DNA of 64,000 nucleotides from Nitrospirota bacterium (GCA_032123755.1 JAQBES010000043.1:17238-81237), one strand, 5' to 3'. Shown: positions 48,537-57,596, counted from the stretch's first letter. The notes: generated by a model not told the origin, from the letters alone. Numbers and translations are program-made.

Positions 48537-49967
48537 GTGTGCTTTCCCGTTCATCGTTGGCCGGACGCCGTGAGATGGATTGTCTGTGTGCTGCTCTTGG
48601 TTTTTTCTGGGTGCGCCGCTCTGGCGCCCCGCTTCCCTCCATCGATGCCGTCTGCCACGTCGGGAGTCGATCCAGGACTGGACGCTCAGACGCAGCTCAT
48701 TGAGTCCGCGCATCGTGCGTATGTGCAAGAACGCTATCCACTCGCCAGTGCACTCTTCCAACGATTTGTTGACGCCAATCCCGATTCTCCAAGGCTGAGT
48801 GAAGCTCGTTGGTGGCTCGCGCGCTCGTACGAGCAGGGCGGGGACTTCCCGGCCGCACTGTCGGCCTATCGCGCCGTGGTCGGGGCGGTACCACAATCTA
48901 CCCCGCTCGCCGGCAGTTATGAGTTTCACGCCCTCAATCGGCTGGATGCATTACGTCGGAGTCTCGGCCCATCGTCCTTGCTGGAACGGAAGCAGGTAGC
49001 GCTTTGGATGACGAGCGCGGACTGGCTCATGATTCCAGATGTCAGACTATGGATCGAGCAACTCGCTGACGCAGGGGTGACATCGTTGATTGTCGAGGCG
49101 GGATCAACCCCTCGTGAGGAGGCGCAGTCAGGTCCCATCGGGGTGTATTTCCAGACCTCACAGGTTCCGGTCGTCGAGGATCTTTTTAGCGTGATCGTAC
49201 CAGTAGCCCATGCCAACGGGATGGCGGTATTGGCGTCGCTCAATCTGCATGAGCCAGGCTGGACAACGATAAATCCTGAGTGGGGTATCGCCATGGCCAA
49301 CCGGACAGACCAGCCGTTCCAGCTAGCCGGTCATGTCGATGTGCTCCATCCTGACTACCAGCGGCTCATCAGTGAGGTGACACAGGATTTGGTGCGTACA
49401 GACATCGATGGGCTGATACTTTGGGTCAGGAGAGCCAAGGGATTTGCCGAGGAATGGAGCCAGACGTCGCGACGGATGTTCGACGGGTTCTTTGGGGCTT
49501 CACTCGATAGCCACGATCAGTCTGTCTCTCCAGACGCATGGCGCTGGGCCGGGTGGAAGACGAGGACCTATCTTGGGTTTGTAGCACGATTAACTCAGCA
49601 GTTGCGACGGACGCGACCGGGACTTCTGGTCGCCGTCGTCGTTCATGAGCGTGCGGTCCTCTCGCCTGTGGATGCCTTGATGGAGTATGGAGAAGACGTG
49701 CTCGAAACGAAGCAACAGGGGCTTCACATAATCGTCCAGCCAGAGCCGGGCATGTCAGCACGGCCGGATGAGCAAGGGGAGAGGATGGAAACGGTGCGAC
49801 AACGATTGGCGCCGACGGCTGGGGATGAACGGCAACTCTGGCTGGCCATGGCCCTGGGCGCGTCGGATCCATCGTCTCTGGTCACGGCCGTGAGAGCCAC
49901 CATCGCGGCGAAAGTCGGGCAAGCTGGGACACATCTGCTGCTGCTGAATGGGCCAGCGTTTCCTTGA
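48537..49967 (+). CDS. Lipoprotein with N-terminal TPR-like (BamD/YfiO-like) region and C-terminal putative glycoside-hydrolase-like TIM-barrel domain
   Basis: Lipobox LLVFSGC. TPR-like segment AHRAYVQERYPLASALFQRFVDANPDSPRLSEARWWLARSYEQGGDFPAALSAYR. The C-terminal pattern (IVEAGS..., GVYFQTS.VPV, VAHANGMAVLASLNL, DVLHPDY) reminds me of the GHL/PgaB C-terminal domain type. This is inferred by eye only. GTG start. Confidence 0.5.
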   Translation: MCFPVHRWPDAVRWIVCVLLLVFSGCAALAPRFPPSMPSATSGVDPGLDAQTQLIESAHRAYVQERYPLASALFQRFVDANPDSPRLSEARWWLARSYEQGGDFPAALSAYRAVVGAVPQSTPLAGSYEFHALNRLDALRRSLGPSSLLERKQVALWMTSADWLMIPDVRLWIEQLADAGVTSLIVEAGSTPREEAQSGPIGVYFQTSQVPVVEDLFSVIVPVAHANGMAVLASLNLHEPGWTTINPEWGIAMANRTDQPFQLAGHVDVLHPDYQRLISEVTQDLVRTDIDGLILWVRRAKGFAEEWSQTSRRMFDGFFGASLDSHDQSVSPDAWRWAGWKTRTYLGFVARLTQQLRRTRPGLLVAVVVHERAVLSPVDALMEYGEDVLETKQQGLHIIVQPEPGMSARPDEQGERMETVRQRLAPTAGDERQLWLAMALGASDPSSLVTAVRATIAAKVGQAGTHLLLLNGPAFP

Positions 49968-50011
49968 CAAAAGAGGCGCCGGACCACTACGATTCCGCGA
50001 CAAAAATATGC

Positions 50012-50084
50012 AGGTTGAGGCTAAGGCTTAGGTTGAGTCGTTACAGGAGAGCTCTCGGCTTTTACTTGACCTTAACCTCAATCT
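50012..50084. repeat. Hexad-armed imperfect palindromic element, copy B
   Basis: The left arm AG-GTTGAG-GCTAAG-GCTTAG-GTTGAG (50012-50037) matches copy A at 24 of 26 positions. The right arm is CTTGAC-CTTAAC-CTCAAT-CT (50065-50084). Confidence 0.75.
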
Positions 50085-50103
50085 TCTCCAAAGGGGAGCG
50101 CGC

Positions 50104-50490
50104 ATGATTCCGAAAGATCTTCGTTACCACCAAGAGCATGAATGGGTGCGGTTAAGCGGCACCCAGGCCACGGTCGGCATCAGTCATTTTGCCCAAGATG
50201 CGTTGGGCGATATTGTCTTTATCGATATGCCGAAGCTAGGTGCTGTCGTCAAGGCCGGGCAGCAGATCGGTGAGGTAGAATCGACCAAGACGACCTCGAC
50301 GATCTACACGCCCGTGAGTGGCACCATTGCCAAGGTCAATGCTGACTTAAAAGACCACCCGGAAGTGGTGAACTCAGATCCCTATGGCAAAGGCTGGATG
50401 GTAATGATCGATTTGTTGAGCGCGAGCGACGTGGACAAGCTGATGACAGCAGCACAGTATGAAGCCTTTCTTGCCTCTCAGAAACATTGA
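50104..50490 (+). CDS. gcvH: Glycine cleavage system protein H
   Basis: Y...HEW, GIS.FAQD.LGDIVF...P, and the lipoyl-Lys block GEVESTKTTS.IY.PVSG. Confidence 0.93.
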   Translation: MIPKDLRYHQEHEWVRLSGTQATVGISHFAQDALGDIVFIDMPKLGAVVKAGQQIGEVESTKTTSTIYTPVSGTIAKVNADLKDHPEVVNSDPYGKGWMVMIDLLSASDVDKLMTAAQYEAFLASQKH

Positions 50491-50569
50491 CCCATTGAAC
50501 GATTGAATCATTGCGCCATTGGTTCGCGGCAGAGAAGTTCTTAGTCCAATGAATCAATGAGGCAATCCA
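50485..50569. repeat. 8-nt-period repeat array in inverted arrangement (5x CATTGNNN ... 3x NCAATGNN)
   Basis: CATTGACC-CATTGAAC-GATTGAAT-CATTGCGC-CATTGGTT (50485-50524), a 21-nt spacer, then CCAATGAA-TCAATGAG-GCAATCCA (50546-50569). The first unit overlaps the gcvH stop codon. The array ends 3 nt before the lpd ATG. Confidence 0.7.
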
Positions 50570-50572
50570 CAT

Positions 50573-52027
50573 ATGGCTAGTTCCACTCATATCGCCATTC
50601 TCGGCGCTGGACCTGGTGGGTATGTCGCCGCGATCCGGGCGGCCCAGCTAGGCGCCCGCGTCACCGTCATTGAGTCCCACGCGCTCGGAGGCGTCTGCTT
50701 GAATTGGGGCTGCATTCCCAGTAAGGCCCTCCTGTCGGTTGTCGAACTCGGTGACAAAGTAAAAAAATCAGAGGACATGGGATTGGTCGTTCAAGGACCA
50801 GTTACGTACGATCTTGCCCGGATGGTAGCACGGAAAAATAAAGTGGTGGCGGGCCTCGTGAAGGGTATCGCGACACTGTTTAAGGCGTGGAATATCGAAC
50901 ATGTGCAGGGGACCGGAGTGCTACGCGATCGGCGGACGGTCATGGTGGCCGCGACCGATGGCGCGGTGCGGGATGTTCAGGCTGACGCTATCGTGATTGC
51001 CACCGGGTCGTCCTGGCCAAACCTTCCGCAGTTTCCGATTGACGGGCTGCAGCTGCTCACAAGCCAGCACCTCCTGGACCTCGGTCGCATTCCTGCCAGT
51101 CTACTGATCATTGGTGCCGGTGTCGAGGGATGCGAGTTCGCGGCGCTTTATAGCGGTCTAGGGACGGCGGTCACGATTGTTGAATTGATGGCGCGCGTAC
51201 TTCCCCTGGAGGATGAGGACATCTCATTAACGACGGAGAGGGAGCTGAAAAAACGCGGGGTGACAGTCCTGACTGGGACCACCGTTGAGAGACTGGCGCG
51301 GTCACCGACGGCTATTACCGCGCATCTCAAAGATGGAACGCAGGTGGCGGTTGAGAAGCTACTGGTGTCCGTGGGGAGAGGATTGAATAGCGGAGGCATT
51401 GGACTGGAGCAGGTGGGGGTGCAGACGGGACCGCGCGGGGAAATTCTCGTCAACGAGCAGATGGAAACCACTGTACCTGGAATCTATGCGGTTGGCGACG
51501 TGGTCGGCAAGGTCATGTTGGCGCACGTAGCCTCAGCGCAGGGGAAGGTGGCGGCCGAGAACATCATGGGGCATCAGGCGACGGTTCGCTACGACGTCAT
51601 CCCGGCCGGAATTTTTACCCTGCCGGAGATCGGTCGCGTGGGTGTGACGGAACAACAAGCTCGCGAACGAGTCCAGGCTGCAGGGCAGAATCCAGACCAG
51701 GCCATCACGGTGGGACGTTTTCGATATTCCGGGTTGGGCAAGGCGCAAGCGACAGGGAATACGACGGGATTGTTCAAGGTCATTGCCGAGTCACCGAGCG
51801 GCAAGATTTTGGGCGTGCATATCGTCGGAGCCCACGCAGCCGATCTGATTCATGAGGCGGCTCTGGCGATGCAGGTCGGGGCGACGGTTGCACAGGTCGC
51901 AGGCATGATCCACGCGCATCCGACGCTTGCCGAAGGAATGATGGAAGCGGCTGAAGATGTCGAAGGGAAGGCGATTCACCAAGCCAGAAGAAAAGATGTC
52001 GCAAGTCCTAATGTCATCAAGTCGTAG
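50573..52027 (+). CDS. lpdA: Dihydrolipoyl dehydrogenase
   Basis: The FAD motif ILGAGPGGYVAA, the redox-active GGVCLNWGCIPSK, and the C-terminal HAHPTL.E. Confidence 0.95.
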   Translation: MASSTHIAILGAGPGGYVAAIRAAQLGARVTVIESHALGGVCLNWGCIPSKALLSVVELGDKVKKSEDMGLVVQGPVTYDLARMVARKNKVVAGLVKGIATLFKAWNIEHVQGTGVLRDRRTVMVAATDGAVRDVQADAIVIATGSSWPNLPQFPIDGLQLLTSQHLLDLGRIPASLLIIGAGVEGCEFAALYSGLGTAVTIVELMARVLPLEDEDISLTTERELKKRGVTVLTGTTVERLARSPTAITAHLKDGTQVAVEKLLVSVGRGLNSGGIGLEQVGVQTGPRGEILVNEQMETTVPGIYAVGDVVGKVMLAHVASAQGKVAAENIMGHQATVRYDVIPAGIFTLPEIGRVGVTEQQARERVQAAGQNPDQAITVGRFRYSGLGKAQATGNTTGLFKVIAESPSGKILGVHIVGAHAADLIHEAALAMQVGATVAQVAGMIHAHPTLAEGMMEAAEDVEGKAIHQARRKDVASPNVIKS

Positions 52028-52060
52028 GACTTTTGACTTTGTACGTTCGATTTGACGACT

Positions 52061-52537
52061 ATGTTCTATTCTCTTTTCATTAAGCTCGGGATGTTTGCTG
52101 TGACTATGGGAGTCGTCTTCTGGATCGGCTGGACCCTGCCGACCTCATTCGATCGCGAGCAGGACCTTGCAGCCAAATCGATTGAGGAGCCGAAGGCTGA
52201 AATTGCTTCCGGCAGTGGCCGCGCAACTACGGTGAGTCCATCTCCTGGCGCCTTGTTGTCAGATCAGCCGCCCGCTGCTGCTACTTCGAAACGATCTCAC
52301 GGGGGCCTCCTGGATCTGAATCGGGCGACGAAACAGGATTTTGACGCCCTGCCGGGGATCGGTCCCCGGTTGGCCGAACGGATCATGGAGTATAGGCAAT
52401 CGGTGGGAGCTTTTCATGCGGTTGATGAATTGCGCGCCGTCAAAGGGATTGGGAAAAAGAAGTTTGAGCGGATTCGTCCATTGGTCACGGTGGCGCCGGA
52501 GGCCATATCTATAGTCAGAGGAAAGAAGGCGACATGA
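52061..52537 (+). CDS. comEA: ComEA-like helix-hairpin-helix DNA-binding protein
   Basis: N-terminal TM segment, a low-complexity linker, then [26 protein letters not shown]...G.F..VDEL..VKGIG.KKFE.I. I prefer ATG 52061; the longest ORF starts at TTG 52052. Confidence 0.8.
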   Translation: MFYSLFIKLGMFAVTMGVVFWIGWTLPTSFDREQDLAAKSIEEPKAEIASGSGRATTVSPSPGALLSDQPPAAATSKRSHGGLLDLNRATKQDFDALPGIGPRLAERIMEYRQSVGAFHAVDELRAVKGIGKKKFERIRPLVTVAPEAISIVRGKKAT

Positions 52538-53745
52538 GTGAACTCTCCCGCCAACTTGAGTTGATCCTTCGCGGAGTCGTGGAGGTTATTCAGCGGGCCG
52601 AACTTGAATCAAAGCTGACTCGCGCCTTGAAAGAGAATCGTCCGCTACGCGTGAAAGCAGGCTTCGATCCGACCGCGCCTGATCTGCATCTGGGCCATAC
52701 GGTCTTGATCCACAAGCTCAAGCACTTTCAGGAGCTCGGACATCATGTGATCTTCCTGATCGGCGATTTCACCGGCCTGATCGGCGATCCGACCGGACAA
52801 TCGGAAACGCGCGTCGCGCTCTCGAAACAAAAAGTATTAGAGAATGCCAAGACCTACGAGAGGCAGATCTTCAAAATACTCGATCCTGCGAAGACCCTGG
52901 TGGAGTTTAACAGCCGCTGGATGAGTACGATGACGGCGGAAGCGTTGATCCATCTGAGCGCGCATTACAGTGTCGCGCGGATGCTCGAGCGGGATGATTT
53001 CCATAAACGGTATCACGAGCAGAAACCGATCAGTATCCATGAGTTCATGTATCCCCTCGTGCAGGGCTACGATTCTGTAGCGCTCCAGTCCGATATCGAA
53101 CTGGGCGGTACTGATCAGAAGTTCAATCTGCTGGTGGGGCGTGATCTGCAACGCGCCTATGGTCAGGAGCCCCAGGTCGTGATTACGATGCCGTTACTCG
53201 AAGGGACGGACGGTGTGCGGAAGATGAGCAAGAGTTTTGGGAACTACATTGCCCTGGAAGACACACCGAACGACATGTTCGGAAAGCTCATGTCGATCAG
53301 TGACGCGTTGATGCTTCGGTATTACGAGCTGCTGACGACGGAGGATTTGGTTGGAATCAAGGCCGCTCACCCGATGGAGGCAAAGCAAGCGCTCGCAGCA
53401 CTGATCGTCCATAGGTATCACGGGGCGGAAGCCAGTCAAGAGGCGCGAACGGCGTTTCAGCAGAAATTTCAGGAGCGTGAATTCCCGAGCGATCCGGATG
53501 TGCACTTGACCTTGACCCTGGCAGATCTGCGCGAGGGGCAGACGATCAGTCTTGTCGATCTGGTGACCAAGACGAGGCTTGTACCGAGTAAGAGCGAGGC
53601 CCGGAGGCTCATTATTCAAGGTGGCTTAGAGGTCGATGAACAGAAGCAGAGCGATGCGAATGCTCTGTTACAGATTGTGACCGGACGATCCTATCGCCTG
53701 AAGGTCGGCCGACGAAAGTTTGCGCTGGTTGAACTGCGGGAGTAG
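52534..53745 (+). CDS. tyrS: Tyrosine--tRNA ligase
   Basis: The HIGH motif (PDLHLGH), KMSKS and a C-terminal S4-like domain. ATGA overlap with comEA. Confidence 0.93.
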   Translation: MSELSRQLELILRGVVEVIQRAELESKLTRALKENRPLRVKAGFDPTAPDLHLGHTVLIHKLKHFQELGHHVIFLIGDFTGLIGDPTGQSETRVALSKQKVLENAKTYERQIFKILDPAKTLVEFNSRWMSTMTAEALIHLSAHYSVARMLERDDFHKRYHEQKPISIHEFMYPLVQGYDSVALQSDIELGGTDQKFNLLVGRDLQRAYGQEPQVVITMPLLEGTDGVRKMSKSFGNYIALEDTPNDMFGKLMSISDALMLRYYELLTTEDLVGIKAAHPMEAKQALAALIVHRYHGAEASQEARTAFQQKFQEREFPSDPDVHLTLTLADLREGQTISLVDLVTKTRLVPSKSEARRLIIQGGLEVDEQKQSDANALLQIVTGRSYRLKVGRRKFALVELRE

Positions 53746-53800
53746 TTGCCAGGAGTTTCTTGACTTGGCATAGAGGCCAGCGTAGGATTCGATTCAGCGA

Positions 53801-53875
53801 GCGGGCGTAGCTCAGTGGTAGAGTCCTTGCTTCCCAAGCAAGTTGTCAGGGGTTCAAATCCCCTCGCCCGCTCCA
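53801..53875 (+). tRNA. tRNA-Gly (anticodon CCC), encoded CCA end
   Basis: Acceptor gcgggcg/cgcccgc, D arm gctc-agtggta-gagt, anticodon stem cttgc/gcaag with loop ttCCCaa, T arm agggg-ttcaaat-cccct. Confidence 0.92.
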
Positions 53876-53924
53876 ATCAAGTTGTGAACCGTGAGGCGTG
53901 AAGCGTCACACGTAAGAGATGGAG

Positions 53925-53957
53925 GACTTGAAAGGCCTGCGCTTCCAAGTCCTTTTT
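53925..53957 (+). terminator. Intrinsic terminator after tRNA-Gly
   Basis: GGACTTGAAAG-gcctgcg-CTTCCAAGTCC (11 bp, 1 mismatch) followed by TTTTTTG. Confidence 0.7.
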
Positions 53958-54007
53958 TGCGTCTCGGGGGCGAACCTGGCCCCGTAGGAGGCTGGGGAGA
54001 AATTCCG

Positions 54008-54199
54008 CTAAACGGCTTTTTGGACTTTGCCGCTACGCAAGCAGCGTGTGCAAACCCGAATGCGTTTGGACTGACCGTTGATCAGTGCCCGGACTGGTTG
54101 GAGGTTGGGTTTGAAGATTCGCTTGGTCTTGTTATTGGCGTGACTGACGTTATGGCCGGATTGGCGACGTTTGCTGCAGAGATCGCATGTAAATGCCAC
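54008..54199 (-). CDS. rpmB: 50S ribosomal protein L28
   Basis: C.LC.K....G.NVSH.NNKTKR...PNLQ ... VC..CLRSGKV is the canonical L28 pattern. 63 aa. Confidence 0.9.
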   Translation of the reverse strand: MAFTCDLCSKRRQSGHNVSHANNKTKRIFKPNLQPVRALINGQSKRIRVCTRCLRSGKVQKAV

Positions 54200-54342
54200 G
54201 GGTGCACTCCTTCATCTAGTCGAATCAATAGAAGATTTTAGACGTAGAAATGTACCACAGGGCCATTGGTCTTGACAAGCATGTCTGATGGGCTAGGCCG
54301 GCTAAGTACGGGAATGCCAGGCCTGAGGAAGGGTGACTTACG

Positions 54343-54609
54343 ATGACGGGAATCGATCTGCTCGGGTTTGCAGCAGGAATGTTTACCACTTGTGCCTTCT
54401 GGCCCCAGCTGCAGAAGACATGGGCTTCAAAGTCCGCGGACGATGTATCGCTGGGCATGCTGGCCATATTCTCGTCTGGTGTCTGCCTTTGGTTTCTGTA
54501 TGGACTGGTCCTCCATGCCTGGCCGATCATTCTGGCCAATGCCGTCACGTTGCTGTTGACGGGAGCGATACTGGTACTCAAGCTGCGCTACCGGGCTAGC
54601 GGCGGTTAG
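54343..54609 (+). CDS. SemiSWEET (PQ-loop) family transporter
   Basis: 88 aa with three TM helices and the signature FAAGMFTTCAFWPQLQKTW...S.DDVSL. Confidence 0.8.
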   Translation: MTGIDLLGFAAGMFTTCAFWPQLQKTWASKSADDVSLGMLAIFSSGVCLWFLYGLVLHAWPIILANAVTLLLTGAILVLKLRYRASGG

Positions 54610-54610
54610 G

Positions 54611-56023
54611 TCAGCGAGTTGCAGCAGACGCCTGCGATTCCTTGAGCACGGATGTGGGGGTGAGCGTAGCAGGCACGCTGATATCAAAACTCGTTTCACC
54701 TCCATCGTCGTAGCGGTCTTTCCCCACGCTATAGATCTTCTGTTGGGTTTGGCTCCACAACATCGGTAATCCACTAAAGGGATCGTAGTAGGACAAGCCG
54801 ACTTGAGCGAGTCGATTCGGCACGGTGCTTTGCGCGCTCGGGCGCCGCAAGACGACCTGCAGCGAGGCGAGTCGCAGCCTGGCATCGGTCTCCCTCAGTT
54901 GATAGTGGAAGGGATCCCAATCCGGCTCGAAGGGGCTTGGGCTGAGGAGGCTTTCCAGGATGCCTTGGCGTGCGGCACCTGTAAGCGCGTGAAGTTTTGG
55001 CAAGGTGCTCTGCCCCGCCTCTGTCGCTTGTATCATCGCGTCGTAATACGTCGCATACATTTCCCAGGTCTCTCGCGTCTGTAGCGGGATTCCAAGGAAC
55101 GAGCGTTCATGAGGATGCGCGATCTGGCGAAAGGCCTGTTCGGGGAAACGGGCAGTGTTCACCAACCATTGTTTCTGTGCATTGAGAGATTTGGCCTGAC
55201 TCTCTGTGGTGAGTTTACTTGTGTGACCGCCTTGGACGCCGAGTATGAATTGATGTTGAAGCGGCCAGCGGAGCGATGACTCTGCTGCAGTGAGTGGAGG
55301 GGCAATATTGGGGGTCATCGCCAACACGGTCTTGTCGACGACGGGCTGTGACAACAGAGTCGAGAGCAGGCGAAGATTGTCGGTGATGACGATTTGCGCC
55401 ATGACTTTGGTGGCGATGGTAGTGGCGTCTCGAAGTACGCTTCGCCACATGTGCATATCATTTCTCAGTCGCTGCATGCCCAAGGCCGTCTCGCGAGAAA
55501 ATCCGTCAGCGAGATAGAGGCGGTGGCCAACAAAAAGCTCCACAAAATGAGGCGTGCCTTGGTGGCCGAATCCCATATCCTCGAAAGGCATCGTGAGCCA
55601 GCGCTCGTACCGCGTATATAAGGTGTGGTCGCGACCGGTCATAGTCTGGAGCCGTACGTTCAGACTCCGGAACCCACTCACTGGATTTTCGGAGTTCCAG
55701 GAAGGAAGGCTTTTTTCCATAGGAAGCTGAATCTGTAGCTCCGAGCGGCCAGGCTTGTCGTAATTGAATTCGCTTGCGCCTGGCGTAGCGGTGGTTTCCA
55801 GCCACATCTCATGGCCCACCATGGCAGGGTCGAGCGAAGCAGCTGCAGCAAAGCCAAGGAGATAGAAGTAGCCATTCTCATAGGGGTCGACGAGACGCTG
55901 CTGCGGAGGTTCTAGGAGTCTGGTGAAGGAGGCGCTGGGAGGTTGCCCCTTTGAGGACCAGATGAGGCTCGATAACTGGAAGAAGGCCCAGAGGATGACG
56001 ATGCTAATGATCAGGTGTTTCAT
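54611..56023 (-). CDS. Hypothetical exported/anchored protein (470 aa), no recognisable domain
   Basis: N-terminal hydrophobic segment MKHLIISIVILWAFFQLSSLIW. It is the only long ORF in this region. The stop lies 1 nt from the convergent SemiSWEET stop. I can place it in no family by eye. Confidence 0.6.
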   Translation of the reverse strand: MKHLIISIVILWAFFQLSSLIWSSKGQPPSASFTRLLEPPQQRLVDPYENGYFYLLGFAAAASLDPAMVGHEMWLETTATPGASEFNYDKPGRSELQIQLPMEKSLPSWNSENPVSGFRSLNVRLQTMTGRDHTLYTRYERWLTMPFEDMGFGHQGTPHFVELFVGHRLYLADGFSRETALGMQRLRNDMHMWRSVLRDATTIATKVMAQIVITDNLRLLSTLLSQPVVDKTVLAMTPNIAPPLTAAESSLRWPLQHQFILGVQGGHTSKLTTESQAKSLNAQKQWLVNTARFPEQAFRQIAHPHERSFLGIPLQTRETWEMYATYYDAMIQATEAGQSTLPKLHALTGAARQGILESLLSPSPFEPDWDPFHYQLRETDARLRLASLQVVLRRPSAQSTVPNRLAQVGLSYYDPFSGLPMLWSQTQQKIYSVGKDRYDDGGETSFDISVPATLTPTSVLKESQASAATR

Positions 56024-56229
56024 AGATACGTAAGTAGACGTCGCATGTCGGGTTGGCCATTCATCTGAGCTCGTATCCTATTCGCGAGATTCATCCACCA
56101 GAGATGTGAGCAAACCTTATGCCGGGAGGTGACCTGAAAGGCCTAGGTCTTTCCCTTTGTTTGTCGATGGGTATGAACGAGTGCCTGTCAGAACATGAGT
56201 AGGGGAGGAGCCGACGGACATTAATGAAC

Positions 56230-56259
56230 TTGACAACCTTCTTCCTGGTCTCCTAGAGT
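56230..56259 (+). promoter_or_regulatory. Candidate promoter of the riboswitch-btuFCD transcript (TTGACA-18 nt-TAGAGT)
   Basis: TTGACA at 56230-56235 and TAGAGT at 56254-56259, immediately upstream of the riboswitch. Confidence 0.4.
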
Positions 56260-56261
56260 GC

Positions 56262-56490
56262 CCTCCACATTGTGACTCTTGGGTAAGGGAAGAGGGTGTA
56301 ACTCCCTCGCGGTCCCGCCGCTGTAAATGGGGACGAAACCCGCGGATGCCACTGTCGTTGAGACGTTAATCGTTGTGCGTTACGCGTTAACCGTGGGGAG
56401 AAACTCTTCACGAATAACGCGGCACGATTCACGTCTTCAGATGGGAAGGCGCGGGGAGTAGGGTGAACCATGAGCCAGAAGACCTGCCTG
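56262..56490 (+). promoter_or_regulatory. Cobalamin (B12) riboswitch 1
   Basis: GGGAAGAGGGTGTAACTCCCTCGCGGTCCCGCCGCTGTAA (the GGTG.AA..CC / CCCGC.ACTGT core), GCCACTG, GGGAAGGC, and the B12 box GAGCCAGAAGACCTGCC at about 56472-56488. Boundaries are approximate. Confidence 0.85.
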
Positions 56491-56534
56491 GAGAGTTGAC
56501 CGACGTTCCCTCGTGGCCTGGGGAATTGGCGAGG

Positions 56535-57596
56535 ATGAGTTGCGGGTGCAATCCTCAGGGTCTGTTAAGGCCTTGGGGGTTTTTTTTGGGCTCAGGATTT
56601 TTCCGTATAGGTCGATGCGTCGGATTTTTGCTCGGCGCAGGCGTGCTGCTTGCGATGTGGCCGGCGCTAGCCACTCCTGACGATGAGATGTCAAATATGA
56701 AGCGACGACAACAAGGCATTTTGACCGGGATGCCGTTTATGGCGAACATTACGCCACGGACCTTCGTGGACGCGTTGGGGAGAAAGCTTTTTCTTGCGAA
56801 GGCACCCAGCCGGGTGGTGTCGATGGCGCCGAACGTCACGGAGATACTCTTTGCGCTTGGTCTAGAAGCGAAGGTCACCGCGGTGACGCCATTCTGTGAC
56901 TACCCTCCTGAAGCTCAGCGCAAGACACACTTGGGAGGGACGAATCCGAGCATCGAGCAAATTCTTGCCCTCAAGCCGGACCTGGTCTTGGCCCCGCAAG
57001 ACTTTATCCAACCGGATCTTCTTCAAAATCTCGATCGTCTCAAAGTTCCCACCTTCGTGTTGCAAGCCGCGCGGCTGGAGGATGTGCTCGCACAGATTCA
57101 AACAATTGCACGGATGTTTGATCGGAGCAAGGCGGGGGACGAGTTGGTGGGGACAATTCGGCAGCGTATCGCGGTCGTCCGGGAGCGCACACAATCACTG
57201 GCCCATCCGCGGGTGCTCTATGTGTTGAATACAGACCCATTACAAACGGTAGGGCCTGGGAGTTTTATTCACCAGCTGATCGAAGCAGCGGGCGGTGCCA
57301 ATATTGCCGCGGGCACGTCGACGGCCTACCCACGGTATTCGCTGGAGGAAGTGCTGGCCCGCGATCCCGAACTCATTATCTTTCCTGTCGGCACGGCGGA
57401 AGGTATTTCCGAGGAGGACCAACAGCAGTGGCTGCGGTGGTCGAGTCTGTCAGCCGTCAAACACAATCGTCTGGTCCTTGTGCCCAGTGTATTGGTTGAC
57501 CGGCCGGGACCGCGAATCGTGGAAGGGCTCGAACTCCTTGCGCAGGCTATTCATCCCGAGGCGTTTACTAAAGAGTCCCGAGAAGGGCAGCCATGA
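56535..57596 (+). CDS. btuF: Periplasmic cobalamin/siderophore-type ABC substrate-binding protein (BtuF-like)
   Basis: The PF01497-like pattern (VVSMAPNVTEILFALG, P.CDYP, LKPDLVL). Signal-like segment CVGFLLGAGVLLAMWPALA. The longest-ORF GTG (56463) lies inside the riboswitch, so the start must be downstream: ATG 56535, or a TTG near 56585. The start is uncertain. Confidence 0.7.
   Translation: MSCGCNPQGLLRPWGFFLGSGFFRIGRCVGFLLGAGVLLAMWPALATPDDEMSNMKRRQQGILTGMPFMANITPRTFVDALGRKLFLAKAPSRVVSMAPNVTEILFALGLEAKVTAVTPFCDYPPEAQRKTHLGGTNPSIEQILALKPDLVLAPQDFIQPDLLQNLDRLKVPTFVLQAARLEDVLAQIQTIARMFDRSKAGDELVGTIRQRIAVVRERTQSLAHPRVLYVLNTDPLQTVGPGSFIHQLIEAAGGANIAAGTSTAYPRYSLEEVLARDPELIIFPVGTAEGISEEDQQQWLRWSSLSAVKHNRLVLVPSVLVDRPGPRIVEGLELLAQAIHPEAFTKESREGQP

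Noticed and set aside
50038-50103. A possible glycine riboswitch upstream of gcvH (GGAGAG ... CCAAAGGGGAGC).
   Set aside because: Only loose resemblance to the GGAGAG and ACCGAAGGGGCAA cores. The segment is too short for even one aptamer, and the GGGGAG is simply the gcvH SD. The region is better explained by hexad hairpin copy B.
48429-50569. Short periodic repeats considered as a CRISPR array or as coding tandem repeats.
   Set aside because: The units are 6-8 nt with no spacers of CRISPR size. The arrays are tiny, no cas genes are present, and both arms are mutually complementary (hairpin type). All frames contain stops or lie between well-defined genes.
52400-52540. A T-box or other leader in front of tyrS.
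   Set aside because: The tyrS ATG overlaps the comEA stop (ATGA), so there is no untranslated leader in which such an element could reside.
56463-56534. GTG 56463 as the start of the BtuF-like gene.
   Set aside because: It falls within the cobalamin riboswitch, 9 nt before the B12 box GAGCCAGAAGACCTGCC. The start must lie downstream of the aptamer and expression platform.
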